A stretch of 63,732 nt of DNA, counting the filler, from an uncultured Clostridia bacterium (GTDB lineage: Bacteria; Aerophobota; Aerophobia; Aerophobales; B3-G15): the NCBI GenBank assembly GCA_964482715.1. It is 3 parts of 3 records of this genome, joined end to end, with 100 filler letters (N's around TTAATTAATTAA, not from the genome) between each part and the next. Parts side by side here need not be neighbours in the genome. Positions count along the whole stretch, not along the records: positions 25,773 to 50,680 come from CAYZYX010000028.1; positions 50,781 to 63,732 come from CAYZYX010000040.1; 1 more part is not named here. The stretch is one strand, 5' to 3'. Positions within the stretch are counted from its first letter, which is position 1. The number at the start of each line of letters is the position of its first letter. The notes under the pieces are model-generated. The model was not told the origin of the DNA. It saw nothing but the letters and a program-made list of their open reading frames with translations, and did no database searches. The position numbers and the translations under genes are program-made. Below are positions 50,402-59,511 of this stretch, piece by piece.

Positions 50402-50484
50402 TGCTAACGTTCTGGGGATAAAAGAAGTTGCCGCAGGAAATTTGGGCGAAAAACAAAGTGTAGCCTTTTATCCGCTGTTATACG
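50402..50484 (-). other. Integron attC-like recombination site
   Basis: Minus strand: GTATAAC-AGCGGATAAAAG-(variable loop)-CTTTTATCCCCAGAAC-GTTAGCA, i.e. AAC...GTT cores with complementary L boxes. Lies downstream of a same-strand ORF. Confidence 0.55.
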
Positions 50485-50576
50485 CTCCCAACAGGGACGA
50501 AGAGCAAAGCATTTCGAAGAGTCTGCTTCGGGACGCTCGCTCATAGCTCTCTGAAAATCCAATAATTTTATTTCTA

Positions 50577-50678
50577 TTAAAGACCAACTACCAGCCTTTC
50601 CCTGTTGAACCATCTCGTAGCAATAAAATAAGTCAAAAAGGTAAATACTGCTATCACCAACGCTATCATAATGTTAGT
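50577..50678 (-). CDS. 3' end of a membrane protein gene (ABC-2 permease-like), truncated by the gap
   Basis: ...TNIMIALVIAVFTFLTYFIATRWFNRERLVVGL*; open to the N-run. Confidence 0.5.
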   Translation of the reverse strand, partial: TNIMIALVIAVFTFLTYFIATRWFNRERLVVGL

Positions 50679-50680
50679 TA

Positions 50681-50780
50681 NNNNNNNNNNNNNNNNNNNN
50701 NNNNNNNNNNNNNNNNNNNNNNNNTTAATTAATTAANNNNNNNNNNNNNNNNNNNNNNNNNNNNNNNNNNNNNNNNNNNN
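50681..50780. other. Artificial contig-joining spacer
   Basis: 44 N + TTAATTAATTAA + 44 N. Confidence 0.97.
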
Positions 50781-50943
50781 TCGCAAGAGGTTTATCTCAC
50801 CTATTATTTTAGTGCAGCTCGGCCTCCGCTTTTTGGCTGTGCAAGAGTAGCTACCATGGCGAAGCTTTCTGCTCGCCAAAAAGAGGCTTCCTTTGAGATA
50901 CCCGGGAGCCTTTATCTTCATGAAAAAAGTGTCCTAATTTCAG
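50781..50943. mobile_element. MITE-like structured repeat, copy 3 (partial, at contig start, same orientation as copy 1)
   Basis: Aligns to about 39961-40124; ends GAGATACCCGGGAGCCTTTATCTTCATGAAAAAAGTGTCCTAATTTCAG. Confidence 0.75.
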
Positions 50944-50952
50944 GCTGCTACC

Positions 50953-50974
50953 CTGAAAACTGTCCCGATGTCAG
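50953..50974. repeat. Isolated element terminus / mini-scar of the same MITE-like family
   Basis: CTGAAAACTGTCCCGATGTCAG; the last 19 nt match the copy 2 end AAAACTGTCCCAATGTTAG at 17/19. Confidence 0.55.
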
Positions 50975-50985
50975 GTTGCCTGAAG

Positions 50986-51014
50986 TTGACGGAAGGCTCA
51001 CAATATGATATACT
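50986..51014 (+). promoter_or_regulatory. sigma70-type promoter of the purH operon
   Basis: TTGACG-N17-TATACT with TG extended -10. Confidence 0.7.
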
Positions 51015-51149
51015 TTTTCAGTTAAAAGTGAAAATAATTGAGAATCTAAAAGTACTACATTTAATAAGATAATTAGTAGTTTAATGATCATGCGAGAGTT
51101 AGATGGTTAATCCTGAAACAGGTAAACAACCGGTAAGGAGAAGAGGACA

Positions 51150-52712
51150 ATGCTGGAAATAAAAAGAGCCCTGATCAGTGTGTGGGACAAAAGCGGTATA
51201 GTTGAATTTGCCAGAGGTCTTCAAGAGCTTAAGGTTAAAATACTTTCAACTGGTGGAACGGCAAAACTTCTCAAAAAAGAAGGCATCAAAGTAGAAGAAG
51301 TTTCAGATTACACAGGAGCTTCGGAGATGCTTCAGGGTAGAGTAAAAACCCTTCATCCTAAAATTCACGCTGGTATATTGGCTCTAAGAAATAGCAGTGA
51401 ACAAATGGATCAGATAAAAAGAGAAGGAATTGAACCCATAGATATGATTGTAGTTAATCTTTATCCTTTTACCCAGGTGGTGAAAAACAAAAACGTTGTT
51501 TTAGATGAAGCTCTGGAAAATATAGATATAGGGGGACCCACCCTTCTGAGAGCAGGAGCAAAGAATTTTAAAGGCGTGGCCGTAGTATCAAATCCGCATC
51601 AGTACTCTGACGTTTTAGAAGAACTCAAAGCCAATGGGGGAAAGCTCAGCGAGGATACTTCATATCGTCTTGCTGTAGAGGCTTTTCATCTTACCAGTTT
51701 TTACGATAGTGTTGTGGCTGAGTATTTCAGAAAAAAAGAAGAAATAGTATTCCCTCCTCTTTTAACCATAGGATTTCAAAAACTGCAGGAACTTCGCTAT
51801 GGAGAAAATCCCCATCAGAGGGCGGCTTTTTACTCTGAATGGACTCCGTCTCCTGGAGATCTTACCCGCGCAGAAAAGATCTGGGGGAAGGAACTCTCCT
51901 TTAACAATCTCCTTGATTTTCAAGCTGCCCTGAGTATTGTAAGTGAGTTCAGCCAGCCTGCTGTGACTGTAATCAAGCACAACAATCCCTGTGGCGCTGC
52001 TGAAGGCAAATCTCTAAAAGAGGCCTGCGAGAATGCCTTTCAGGGAGACCCTGTATCTGCTTTTGGCAGCATAGTTGGCCTGAACAGGACAGTAGATGAA
52101 GAAACGGCCAAGGTCATTACTGCCGGGGGCAATTTTGTTGAAGGTTTAATTGCCCCTGATTATACTCATGAGGCCCTAACAATTTTAAAGGAGAAAAAAC
52201 CCTGGGGGAAAAAGCTTATTATCCTTAAAAGTGAGCTAAAAAAAGAGGAAAACTTCAAAATGGATATCAAGAAGGTGGGAGGAGGAATACTTGTTCAGGA
52301 GGAGGATAGAGAACTTCCCGCTGAGACCCGGTTAAAGTTTGTAACTAAAAGAGTACCAACCGAAAAAGAACTGGAAGATCTGAAGTTTGCCTGGAGAGTT
52401 TGCAAATATGTAAAATCTAATGCCATACTGGTTGCCAGGGATAAGATGGTGGTTGGAGTTGGTGCAGGTCAGATGAGCAGGGTAGATGCCACCTTTATAG
52501 CCCTGAGAAAAGCAGGTGAAAGGGCAAAGGGAGCTGTTTTAGCTTCTGATGCCTTTTTTCCGTTTCCTGATGCCGTGGAAATGGCCGGGAAAGCTGGTAT
52601 CAGGGCAATAATTCAACCAGGGGGCGCCTTGAGAGATAAAGAGGTAATTCACATGGCTGACCAGTATGACATTGCCATGGCCTTCACCGGAATAAGACAT
52701 TTTCGTCACTAA
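51150..52712 (+). CDS. purH: Bifunctional AICAR transformylase/IMP cyclohydrolase
   Basis: RALISVWDK, STGGT, GRVKTLHP, IDIGGPT, RYGENPHQ, KHNNPCG, GAGQMSRVD, SDAFFPF, RHFRH. Confidence 0.98.
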   Translation: MLEIKRALISVWDKSGIVEFARGLQELKVKILSTGGTAKLLKKEGIKVEEVSDYTGASEMLQGRVKTLHPKIHAGILALRNSSEQMDQIKREGIEPIDMIVVNLYPFTQVVKNKNVVLDEALENIDIGGPTLLRAGAKNFKGVAVVSNPHQYSDVLEELKANGGKLSEDTSYRLAVEAFHLTSFYDSVVAEYFRKKEEIVFPPLLTIGFQKLQELRYGENPHQRAAFYSEWTPSPGDLTRAEKIWGKELSFNNLLDFQAALSIVSEFSQPAVTVIKHNNPCGAAEGKSLKEACENAFQGDPVSAFGSIVGLNRTVDEETAKVITAGGNFVEGLIAPDYTHEALTILKEKKPWGKKLIILKSELKKEENFKMDIKKVGGGILVQEEDRELPAETRLKFVTKRVPTEKELEDLKFAWRVCKYVKSNAILVARDKMVVGVGAGQMSRVDATFIALRKAGERAKGAVLASDAFFPFPDAVEMAGKAGIRAIIQPGGALRDKEVIHMADQYDIAMAFTGIRHFRH

Positions 52713-52737
52713 GGAGCAACAAGAAAGTGAGGGAAAA

Positions 52738-53988
52738 ATGAAACTAACGTCGCTCAGTAAAGTTGACCCGGAGATTAAGCAGTTTATAAAAAATGAACTT
52801 TTAAGACAAAAGGAAACTCTGATGCTTATTCCCTCGGAAAATTATGCCAGCCCTGCCGTACTGGAGGTTCAATCCTCAGTTCTTAGCAACAAATACGCAG
52901 AAGGATATCCGGGGGAAAGGTACTATCAGGGTTGCAGGTGGGTGGATGAGGTGGAATCCCTTGCTATCCAGCGGGCAAAAGAGCTTTTTGGTGCCGAACA
53001 TGTAAATGTACAGGTTCACTCTGGAACAGGAGCTAATATAGCTGTTTATCAGGCTCTTTTAAAACCCGGTGATAAGATCCTTTCCTTGAACTTAACTCAG
53101 GGAGGTCATCTTTCGCATGGAAAAGAAGGCTCTCTGCCTTACAATTTTTATACCATTGCCAATTACGGGTTAGACAGAAAATCTGAATGTTTTGACATGG
53201 AAAAAATCAGAAAAAAGGCAAAAAAGGAAAAGCCCAATTTGATTATTGTTGGGGCAAGCGCTTATCCCAGAAAGATAGAATTTAAACCCTGGAGAGAAAT
53301 TGCCGATGAAGTTGGTGCTTACCTTATGGTAGATGCAGCTCACACAATTGGTTTGATTGCAGCAAAAGTTCACCCCGATCCGGTGGAATACGCTGATGTG
53401 GTAACGGCAACCACTCAAAAGACACTGCGTGGACCAAGAGGCGGATTCATTCTCTGCCGAAAGGAATTTGCCCATAAGATTGACGGGGCTGTTTTCCCCG
53501 GAACGCAGGGAGGACCTTTCATGCACCTCATCGCAGCCAAGGCTGTTTGCTTTAAGGAAGCCATGGATCCTTCTTTCAGGGATTATCAGTCCCGGGTAAT
53601 CTCCAACTGCCAGACTCTTGCTCAGGTGCTTCTTGAGGAGGGATTTAGACTGGTAACTGGAGGAACTGACAACCACCTTATACTTGTGGATCTCCAATCT
53701 AAGGGAATTACGGGGAAAGAGGCAGCGCTCATTCTGGAAGAAGCCGGGATAGTGGTTAATAAAAACTGCATCCCTTTTGACTTGCTTCCTCCTACCGTTA
53801 CATCCGGAATTCGCCTTGGAACCCCTGCTCTGACCACCAGGGGAATGAAAGAAGAGGAAATGAAGACCATTGGCAAATGGATAAGCCAGATATTGCACAA
53901 TCCAGAAAAAATATCCTTAAGAGAGAAAATTAAGAAAAAAGTGATTGAGCTCTCCCGAAGTTTTCCTATCTACGAGGACTTTGCCTGA
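52738..53988 (+). CDS. glyA: Serine hydroxymethyltransferase
   Basis: LIPSENY, NKYAEGYPG.RYY, GGHLSHG, TTQKTLRGPRGG (PLP Lys), GGTDNHL, SGIRLGTPA. Confidence 0.95.
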   Translation: MKLTSLSKVDPEIKQFIKNELLRQKETLMLIPSENYASPAVLEVQSSVLSNKYAEGYPGERYYQGCRWVDEVESLAIQRAKELFGAEHVNVQVHSGTGANIAVYQALLKPGDKILSLNLTQGGHLSHGKEGSLPYNFYTIANYGLDRKSECFDMEKIRKKAKKEKPNLIIVGASAYPRKIEFKPWREIADEVGAYLMVDAAHTIGLIAAKVHPDPVEYADVVTATTQKTLRGPRGGFILCRKEFAHKIDGAVFPGTQGGPFMHLIAAKAVCFKEAMDPSFRDYQSRVISNCQTLAQVLLEEGFRLVTGGTDNHLILVDLQSKGITGKEAALILEEAGIVVNKNCIPFDLLPPTVTSGIRLGTPALTTRGMKEEEMKTIGKWISQILHNPEKISLREKIKKKVIELSRSFPIYEDFA

Positions 53989-54000
53989 CGGGCTAAAATT

Positions 54001-55335
54001 ATGTTTTCCTATGAAGAGGCCCTGAATTACCTTGATTCATTTATAAATTACGAAAAAAAATCCAATTTTTCTTATAACGCCAGGGTTTTTAATCTGGAAA
54101 GAATGCAAAGGATCCTGAGGGAACTTGGTAACCCTCACCTTAAATTAAAGACCATTCATGTTGCCGGAACTAAAGGTAAAGGTTCTACGGCAGCAATAAT
54201 AACTTCTATACTTAATACTGCTGGCTACCGGGTTGGACTTTACACCTCTCCCCATCTTGTGTCTCCTCGCGAGAGAATTAAAATTGGTCCCCGTTTCATA
54301 ACTCCAGACGAGTTTGCCTCCTGCCTGTGGGAAACAAAATTGGTACTGGAGCGACTTGCCTCCAGGGGTACTTTTACCCCCAGTTTTTTTGAAATCTACA
54401 CCAGCATGGGTTTTCTGTATTTTTTTCAGAAAAAAATAGACATAGCTGTTATTGAGGTTGGACTTGGAGGCAGATTAGATGCAACCAACGTAATCCACCC
54501 TCTGGTGGGAATTATAACTCCTATCAGCCTCGATCACACCAGGCAGCTTGGAAGTGATATTCTATCAATTGCCAGAGAAAAAGCTGGAATTATCAAACCC
54601 GGTTCAAGAATAATTACCTCCCTGCAGGATAGGCCTGTTCTCCAGTTGATAGAAAAAATCTGTCAGGAGCGAGGAGCAACACTCTATAAAATTGGGGAGG
54701 ACGCAAAATTCAGACTTATAAAGGCAACTCCAAGATATCAGAGGTTTGAGGTTAAAAGTATTTACCGCAGCTACCCAGACCTTTTTCTTCCTCTACCGGG
54801 AGAGCACCAGCTCCAGAATGCTGCCTCTGCCATACTGGCTGTGGAGCTTATAAGAGAGGATGGATTTAAGGTAACAAAGGGTTCTATTGAAAGAGGTTTA
54901 AGAAAAGTGGACTGGCCAGGGAGAATTCAGTTAATTTCCGGCCGGCCACTTCTCATACTGGACTGCGCACATAATGGTGCCTCGGCCCGATTTCTTGCTA
55001 AATACCTGCAACAGTTTTACTCCCGAAAAAAATTAATCCTTGTTCTTGCTATTCTGAAAAACAAAGACGTAAAATCCATAGGAGAGGCTCTGTGTCCACT
55101 GGCAGACAGGGTGATCGTTACTCAGGTAAAAAGCCCAAGAGCCTTGCCACCTGAAGAAATTTACCCTAAAATTAAGGTGAACTGCCGCTTTTTTCCTCTT
55201 GTGGAGAAAGAGGTAAAAAATGCGCTTGAAAAAGCTAAAATTATGGCTGGAAAAAGCGGGGTTGTAGTAGCTACAGGATCGGTTTATCTTGTAGGGGAGA
55301 TCCTGGAACTTATGAATAAAAAAACAAAAGTCTAA
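54001..55335 (+). CDS. folC: Bifunctional folylpolyglutamate/dihydrofolate synthase
   Basis: HVAGTKGKGST, YTSPHL, EVGLGGRLDATN, WPGR, DCAHN, TGSVYLVG. Confidence 0.96.
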   Translation: MFSYEEALNYLDSFINYEKKSNFSYNARVFNLERMQRILRELGNPHLKLKTIHVAGTKGKGSTAAIITSILNTAGYRVGLYTSPHLVSPRERIKIGPRFITPDEFASCLWETKLVLERLASRGTFTPSFFEIYTSMGFLYFFQKKIDIAVIEVGLGGRLDATNVIHPLVGIITPISLDHTRQLGSDILSIAREKAGIIKPGSRIITSLQDRPVLQLIEKICQERGATLYKIGEDAKFRLIKATPRYQRFEVKSIYRSYPDLFLPLPGEHQLQNAASAILAVELIREDGFKVTKGSIERGLRKVDWPGRIQLISGRPLLILDCAHNGASARFLAKYLQQFYSRKKLILVLAILKNKDVKSIGEALCPLADRVIVTQVKSPRALPPEEIYPKIKVNCRFFPLVEKEVKNALEKAKIMAGKSGVVVATGSVYLVGEILELMNKKTKV

Positions 55336-55346
55336 GGAGCATTTGA

Positions 55347-57101
55347 ATGCCAAGAGGAATCGCTGCTTCTCCAGGAATAGCTATTGGAAAAGCATACATT
55401 CTGGAGAAGGAAAATTTCTGTATCCTGGAGTACAAGATTAAAAAGGAAGATGTTGAAAGAGAAATAAAAAGATTTAAGGAAGCGGTGGAGCAAACCAAGA
55501 AACAGACCATTCAGCTCCAGGAGAAGGTGAAAAAGAAAGTAGGGGAAAGAGAGGCTTACATATTTAAGGCCTATCTTAGCATTCTTGAGGATCCACTTCT
55601 GATTGATGAGACCATAAAAAGGATAAAAAGGGAGAGGTTAAATGCCGAAGCAGCTCTGAGATTAACCTACAAAAGCTTTCCGGAAAGATTCGGTATGTCT
55701 CAACCAGAATTCTTCGAAGAGCGATTCAGGGATGTGGAAGATGTTGGCGAGAGAATCCTGCGAAATCTTTTGAAACAGCCTTCTTTGAGCTTATCCCATC
55801 TGGAGGAAAAGATCATTATTGTTGCCCATGATCTTGCCCCTTCTGACACTGTATCCATGGACAAAAGTAAAGTGCTGGGATTTGCCACCAATATTGGAGG
55901 CAGAACTTCTCACACTGCCATAATGGCACGGGCTCTGGAGATACCAGCAGTGGTGGGACTGGGTAATATAACCAGAAAAGTTAAACCAGGTTCTACTTTG
56001 ATTCTTGATGGAAGTCGGGGGAGGGTAATTGTAAATCCCTCTCATGAGCAGATTAGAAAGTACGGAGCAGAACAAAAGAGGTTTTTGATCTACAAGAAAA
56101 AACTGGAAACTCTAAGATCCCTACCGGCCCAGACGGTTGATAGGAGAGAAGTTGAGCTGGCAGCAAACATTGCCGGTCCAGAAGAAGTCGATCTGGCAAT
56201 AAAAGAAGGTGCTGAAGGTGTGGGTCTTTATCGAACAGAATATCTCTATATGAACCGCGCAACACTTCCCGATGAGGAAGAACAACTCAGAGCTTATCGA
56301 ATTGTGGCCGAGAAAGTTTCTCCCCACTCAGTCATTATCAGGACCTTAGATCTTGGAGGAGATAAATTCTTATCCCATCTTGAAGTTCCCAAAGAGATAA
56401 ATCCCTTTATGGGTTGCCGTGCTATAAGACTTTCCTTAGAACTGATAGACATTTTTAAAACTCAGCTTAGAGCTATTTTAAGAGCCGCCCAATTTGGCAG
56501 GGTAAAAATAATGTATCCCATGGTTTCGGCTCTTGAAGAGGTAAGAAAGGCCAATCGCATATTGAATGAGGTTAAAAAAGAACTGGAAAAAGAAGGAGTT
56601 TCTTTCTCCAACTCTGTTGAAGTTGGTGTCATGATTGAAGTTCCCTCTGCAGCTATAATCGCTGACAAACTGGCAAAAGAGGTGGACTTTTTCAGTCTGG
56701 GGACAAATGATCTAATTCAGTATACCCTGGCCGTTGACAGAGTTAATGAGAGAGTAGCCTATCTTTACCAGCCCCTGCATCCCACCATTCTGCGTCTTAT
56801 AGATAATGTAGTTAAGGCAGCCCACAGGGAAGGTATATGGGTGGGTGCCTGTGGTGAAATGGCCAGTGATCCCTTTTGTATGGCGGTTCTTCTGGGATTG
56901 GGAGTGGACGAACTCAGTGTTGCACCTACCAGTGTGCTGGAGATAAAAAAAGTAATAAGAGGTCTAAGCTGGGAAGAAACCCGGGAAGTAGCTTCCCACT
57001 TACTTAACCTTAGCACCTCTCATCAGGCTAAAAGATTCTTAAGGCAGACACTGGGCAAAAAGATAAATAAGATATTAAGGGAGGACTTAAATGCTGGATG
57101 A
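55347..57101 (+). CDS. ptsI: PTS enzyme I (phosphoenolpyruvate-protein phosphotransferase)
   Basis: GIAASPGIAIG, GGRTSHTAIMAR (phospho-His), GVGLYRTE, RTLDLGGDK, GTNDLIQY, CGEMA. Confidence 0.96.
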   Translation: MPRGIAASPGIAIGKAYILEKENFCILEYKIKKEDVEREIKRFKEAVEQTKKQTIQLQEKVKKKVGEREAYIFKAYLSILEDPLLIDETIKRIKRERLNAEAALRLTYKSFPERFGMSQPEFFEERFRDVEDVGERILRNLLKQPSLSLSHLEEKIIIVAHDLAPSDTVSMDKSKVLGFATNIGGRTSHTAIMARALEIPAVVGLGNITRKVKPGSTLILDGSRGRVIVNPSHEQIRKYGAEQKRFLIYKKKLETLRSLPAQTVDRREVELAANIAGPEEVDLAIKEGAEGVGLYRTEYLYMNRATLPDEEEQLRAYRIVAEKVSPHSVIIRTLDLGGDKFLSHLEVPKEINPFMGCRAIRLSLELIDIFKTQLRAILRAAQFGRVKIMYPMVSALEEVRKANRILNEVKKELEKEGVSFSNSVEVGVMIEVPSAAIIADKLAKEVDFFSLGTNDLIQYTLAVDRVNERVAYLYQPLHPTILRLIDNVVKAAHREGIWVGACGEMASDPFCMAVLLGLGVDELSVAPTSVLEIKKVIRGLSWEETREVASHLLNLSTSHQAKRFLRQTLGKKINKILREDLNAG

Positions 57102-58167
57102 GGTAGGTCAGATTGAGAAAATAGACCGGTCTAACATGAGAGGAATTCTTAAAAATTTTCCCGGGCAGTGTGAAGAAGCCGTGAAAATGGCAGATAACTT
57201 AACCCTCCCTGCTTTTTCTCAGGAGGAAATTAACAGGGTTGTTATCTGTGGACTTGGAGGTTCGGCAATTGGGGGAGATATTTTGAGGACCCTTTTTTGC
57301 AAAGTGAAAACCACCATTCACGTTAATCGTAATTATTTTTTACCCTCCTTTGTTAACGAAAAAACAGTTGTGCTTGCCACAAGTTATTCAGGTAATACCG
57401 AGGAAACCATCTCTTCCTTTAAACAGGCCTTGCAAAAAGGATGCCTTATTTTTGCCATAAGTAGCGGAGGAGAACTTGAGAAGTTAAGTAAACAAAAGGG
57501 AATTCACCATCTCAAGGTTCCTGGAGGAATGCCCCCTCGCTGTGCTGTTGGTTATCTTACCATACCCATGATTAAGTTGCTTGAGAAAATCCTAAGGGTC
57601 AAACTTTTTAACTATAAGGAACTTGTTGACGTTCTTGGAAAACTTTCGGAAAGATACCATCCAGAGATAAAAACAGAAAACAACTTTACCAAGCAAATGG
57701 CACTCAAATTAAAGGGTAAGATTCCACTTATATACGGAGTAGATGGCCTGACTGATGTTGTGGCACACCGATGGAAAACCCAGTTTAATGAAAACTCAAA
57801 GATTCTGGCAAGTTGGAATACTTTTCCGGAGATGAATCACAATGAAGTGGTCCCCTGGTCTGGAGAAGGAGAAATTGATCTTAATCTATTTTATCCCATC
57901 TTTTTGCGAGATAAAGCTGAATTAAGGAGAATAAGTAAACGTATTGAGATAACCCAGGACTTGATAAAAGAAAAAGGGGTGGAATATTCTGAGATCTGGA
58001 CAGAGGGAGAGTGTCTGTTATCCCGGATTTTCTCTTTAATTTACACAGGTGACTGGATAAGCTTCTACCTTGCCATATCTCAATCCGTGGATCCTACTCC
58101 CATAAAATTTATTGAACTTCTCAAAAATGAGCTGAAAAAATTCACCTCCTCCGGGGAGGGAACATGA
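57091..58167 (+). CDS. Bifunctional phosphoglucose/phosphomannose isomerase (archaeal-type)
   Basis: GLGGSAIGGD, SYSGNTEET, PPR, RWKTQFNENSK, PEMNHNE, VDPTP. Confidence 0.92.
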   Translation: MLDEVGQIEKIDRSNMRGILKNFPGQCEEAVKMADNLTLPAFSQEEINRVVICGLGGSAIGGDILRTLFCKVKTTIHVNRNYFLPSFVNEKTVVLATSYSGNTEETISSFKQALQKGCLIFAISSGGELEKLSKQKGIHHLKVPGGMPPRCAVGYLTIPMIKLLEKILRVKLFNYKELVDVLGKLSERYHPEIKTENNFTKQMALKLKGKIPLIYGVDGLTDVVAHRWKTQFNENSKILASWNTFPEMNHNEVVPWSGEGEIDLNLFYPIFLRDKAELRRISKRIEITQDLIKEKGVEYSEIWTEGECLLSRIFSLIYTGDWISFYLAISQSVDPTPIKFIELLKNELKKFTSSGEGT

Positions 58168-59501
58168 ATGATCTCTTTGATAAAAAATTAAAAAATAAAC
58201 ATCAAAAAAATGAGGATTTTGTTCCTCTTGCTGAGAGGATGAGACCGGAAACACTGGAGGATTTCCTTGGACAGGAGGAAATTGTTGGAGAGGGGACACC
58301 TTTAAGAAAAGCAATAGAGGAGGATAGATTAGTTTCCATAATTCTCTGGGGTCCTCCTGGTTCCGGCAAGACCACCCTGGCAAAAATAATAGCTAAAATG
58401 ACAAAAGCTCATTTTGTTTCTTTCAGTGCGGTCACCTCAGGTGTTCCTGCTTTGAAAAAGATTATAGAAGAAGCAAAATGGAGAAGAAAATATCAATCTC
58501 AAAAAACAATTCTTTTCGTGGATGAAATACATCACTTCAACAAAGCCCAGCAGGATGCTTTTCTCCCTTATGTTGAGGATGGAACCATAATACTTGTTGG
58601 AGCAACTACAGAAAATCCCTCTTTTGAGATAAACTCGCCACTGCTGTCACGCTCAACCGTTTACATCTTAAAGCCTCTTTCTCCGGAAATTTTAAAAAAG
58701 ATAATTCAAAGAGCTCTTCAGAATAAAGAAAAGGGACTTGGGAAATACAAAATAAAGATCGATCCGGAGGTTATAGATTACATCGTGGAGATGGCCGGTG
58801 GTGATGCCAGAGTTGCTCTCAACATACTGGAACTCTCATTCATCAGTGCAAGAAAAGGTGATCGGGCTCATATAACCTGTGAAGTTGTAAACAAGGTGGT
58901 TCAAAAAAGGGTTCTGCGTTACGATAAAAAGGGAGAGGAACACTACAATTTAATTTCTGCTTTGCACAAGAGTATGAGAGATTCTGATCCGGATGCTGCG
59001 GTTTACTGGCTGGCAAGGATGCTGGAAGCCGGGGAAGACCCCTTATATATCGCCCGAAGAATGGTAGTTTTTGCCTCGGAAGACATAGGAAATGCTGATC
59101 CGCAGGCTCTTCAGGTAGCGGTGGCTGCAATGCAGGCGGTTCAGTTTGTGGGAATGCCCGAGGCAAATCTTGCGCTTACTCAGGCAGCTATATATCTTGC
59201 CTGTGCCCCTAAAAGTAACGCTGTCCTCCAGGCCTATACGAGAGCTAAAAAGGATATCCAGGAGAAGGGTCATCTACCTGTACCCCTGGTCATAAGAAAT
59301 GCTCCCACTCAACTTATGAGAGATCTGGGTTATGGCAAAGGTTACAGGTATGCCCATGATTTCCCGGGAGGATTCGTTAAACAGCAACACCTTCCTTCTC
59401 CTCTCGAGGATAGAGTCTACTATCAGCCCACCGATCGCGGTTTTGAAAGAGAAATTAAAAAAAGGATAGAAAAACTGAGGAACGGTTCATCTGAGGTGTA
59501 A
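58164..59501 (+). CDS. rarA: Replication-associated recombination protein A (RarA/MgsA)
   Basis: PLAERMRP, WGPPGSGKTT, DEIH.FNKAQQD, ATTENPSF, HKSMRDSDPDA, SEDIGNADP, YRYAHD. Confidence 0.96.
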   Translation: MNDLFDKKLKNKHQKNEDFVPLAERMRPETLEDFLGQEEIVGEGTPLRKAIEEDRLVSIILWGPPGSGKTTLAKIIAKMTKAHFVSFSAVTSGVPALKKIIEEAKWRRKYQSQKTILFVDEIHHFNKAQQDAFLPYVEDGTIILVGATTENPSFEINSPLLSRSTVYILKPLSPEILKKIIQRALQNKEKGLGKYKIKIDPEVIDYIVEMAGGDARVALNILELSFISARKGDRAHITCEVVNKVVQKRVLRYDKKGEEHYNLISALHKSMRDSDPDAAVYWLARMLEAGEDPLYIARRMVVFASEDIGNADPQALQVAVAAMQAVQFVGMPEANLALTQAAIYLACAPKSNAVLQAYTRAKKDIQEKGHLPVPLVIRNAPTQLMRDLGYGKGYRYAHDFPGGFVKQQHLPSPLEDRVYYQPTDRGFEREIKKRIEKLRNGSSEV

Positions 59502-59511
59502 AAAATTACTT

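Noticed and set aside
51015-51149. Possible ZTP (pfl) or purine riboswitch in the purH leader
   Set aside because: The leader is AT-rich and lacks the ZTP and purine aptamer consensus; only a weak hairpin (CCTG-AAA-CAGG) is present.
53170-53898. 242-aa antisense ORF and the many other short opposite-strand ORFs in the track
   Set aside because: They are shadow ORFs fully overlapping well-conserved genes (here glyA), with no motifs or RBS.
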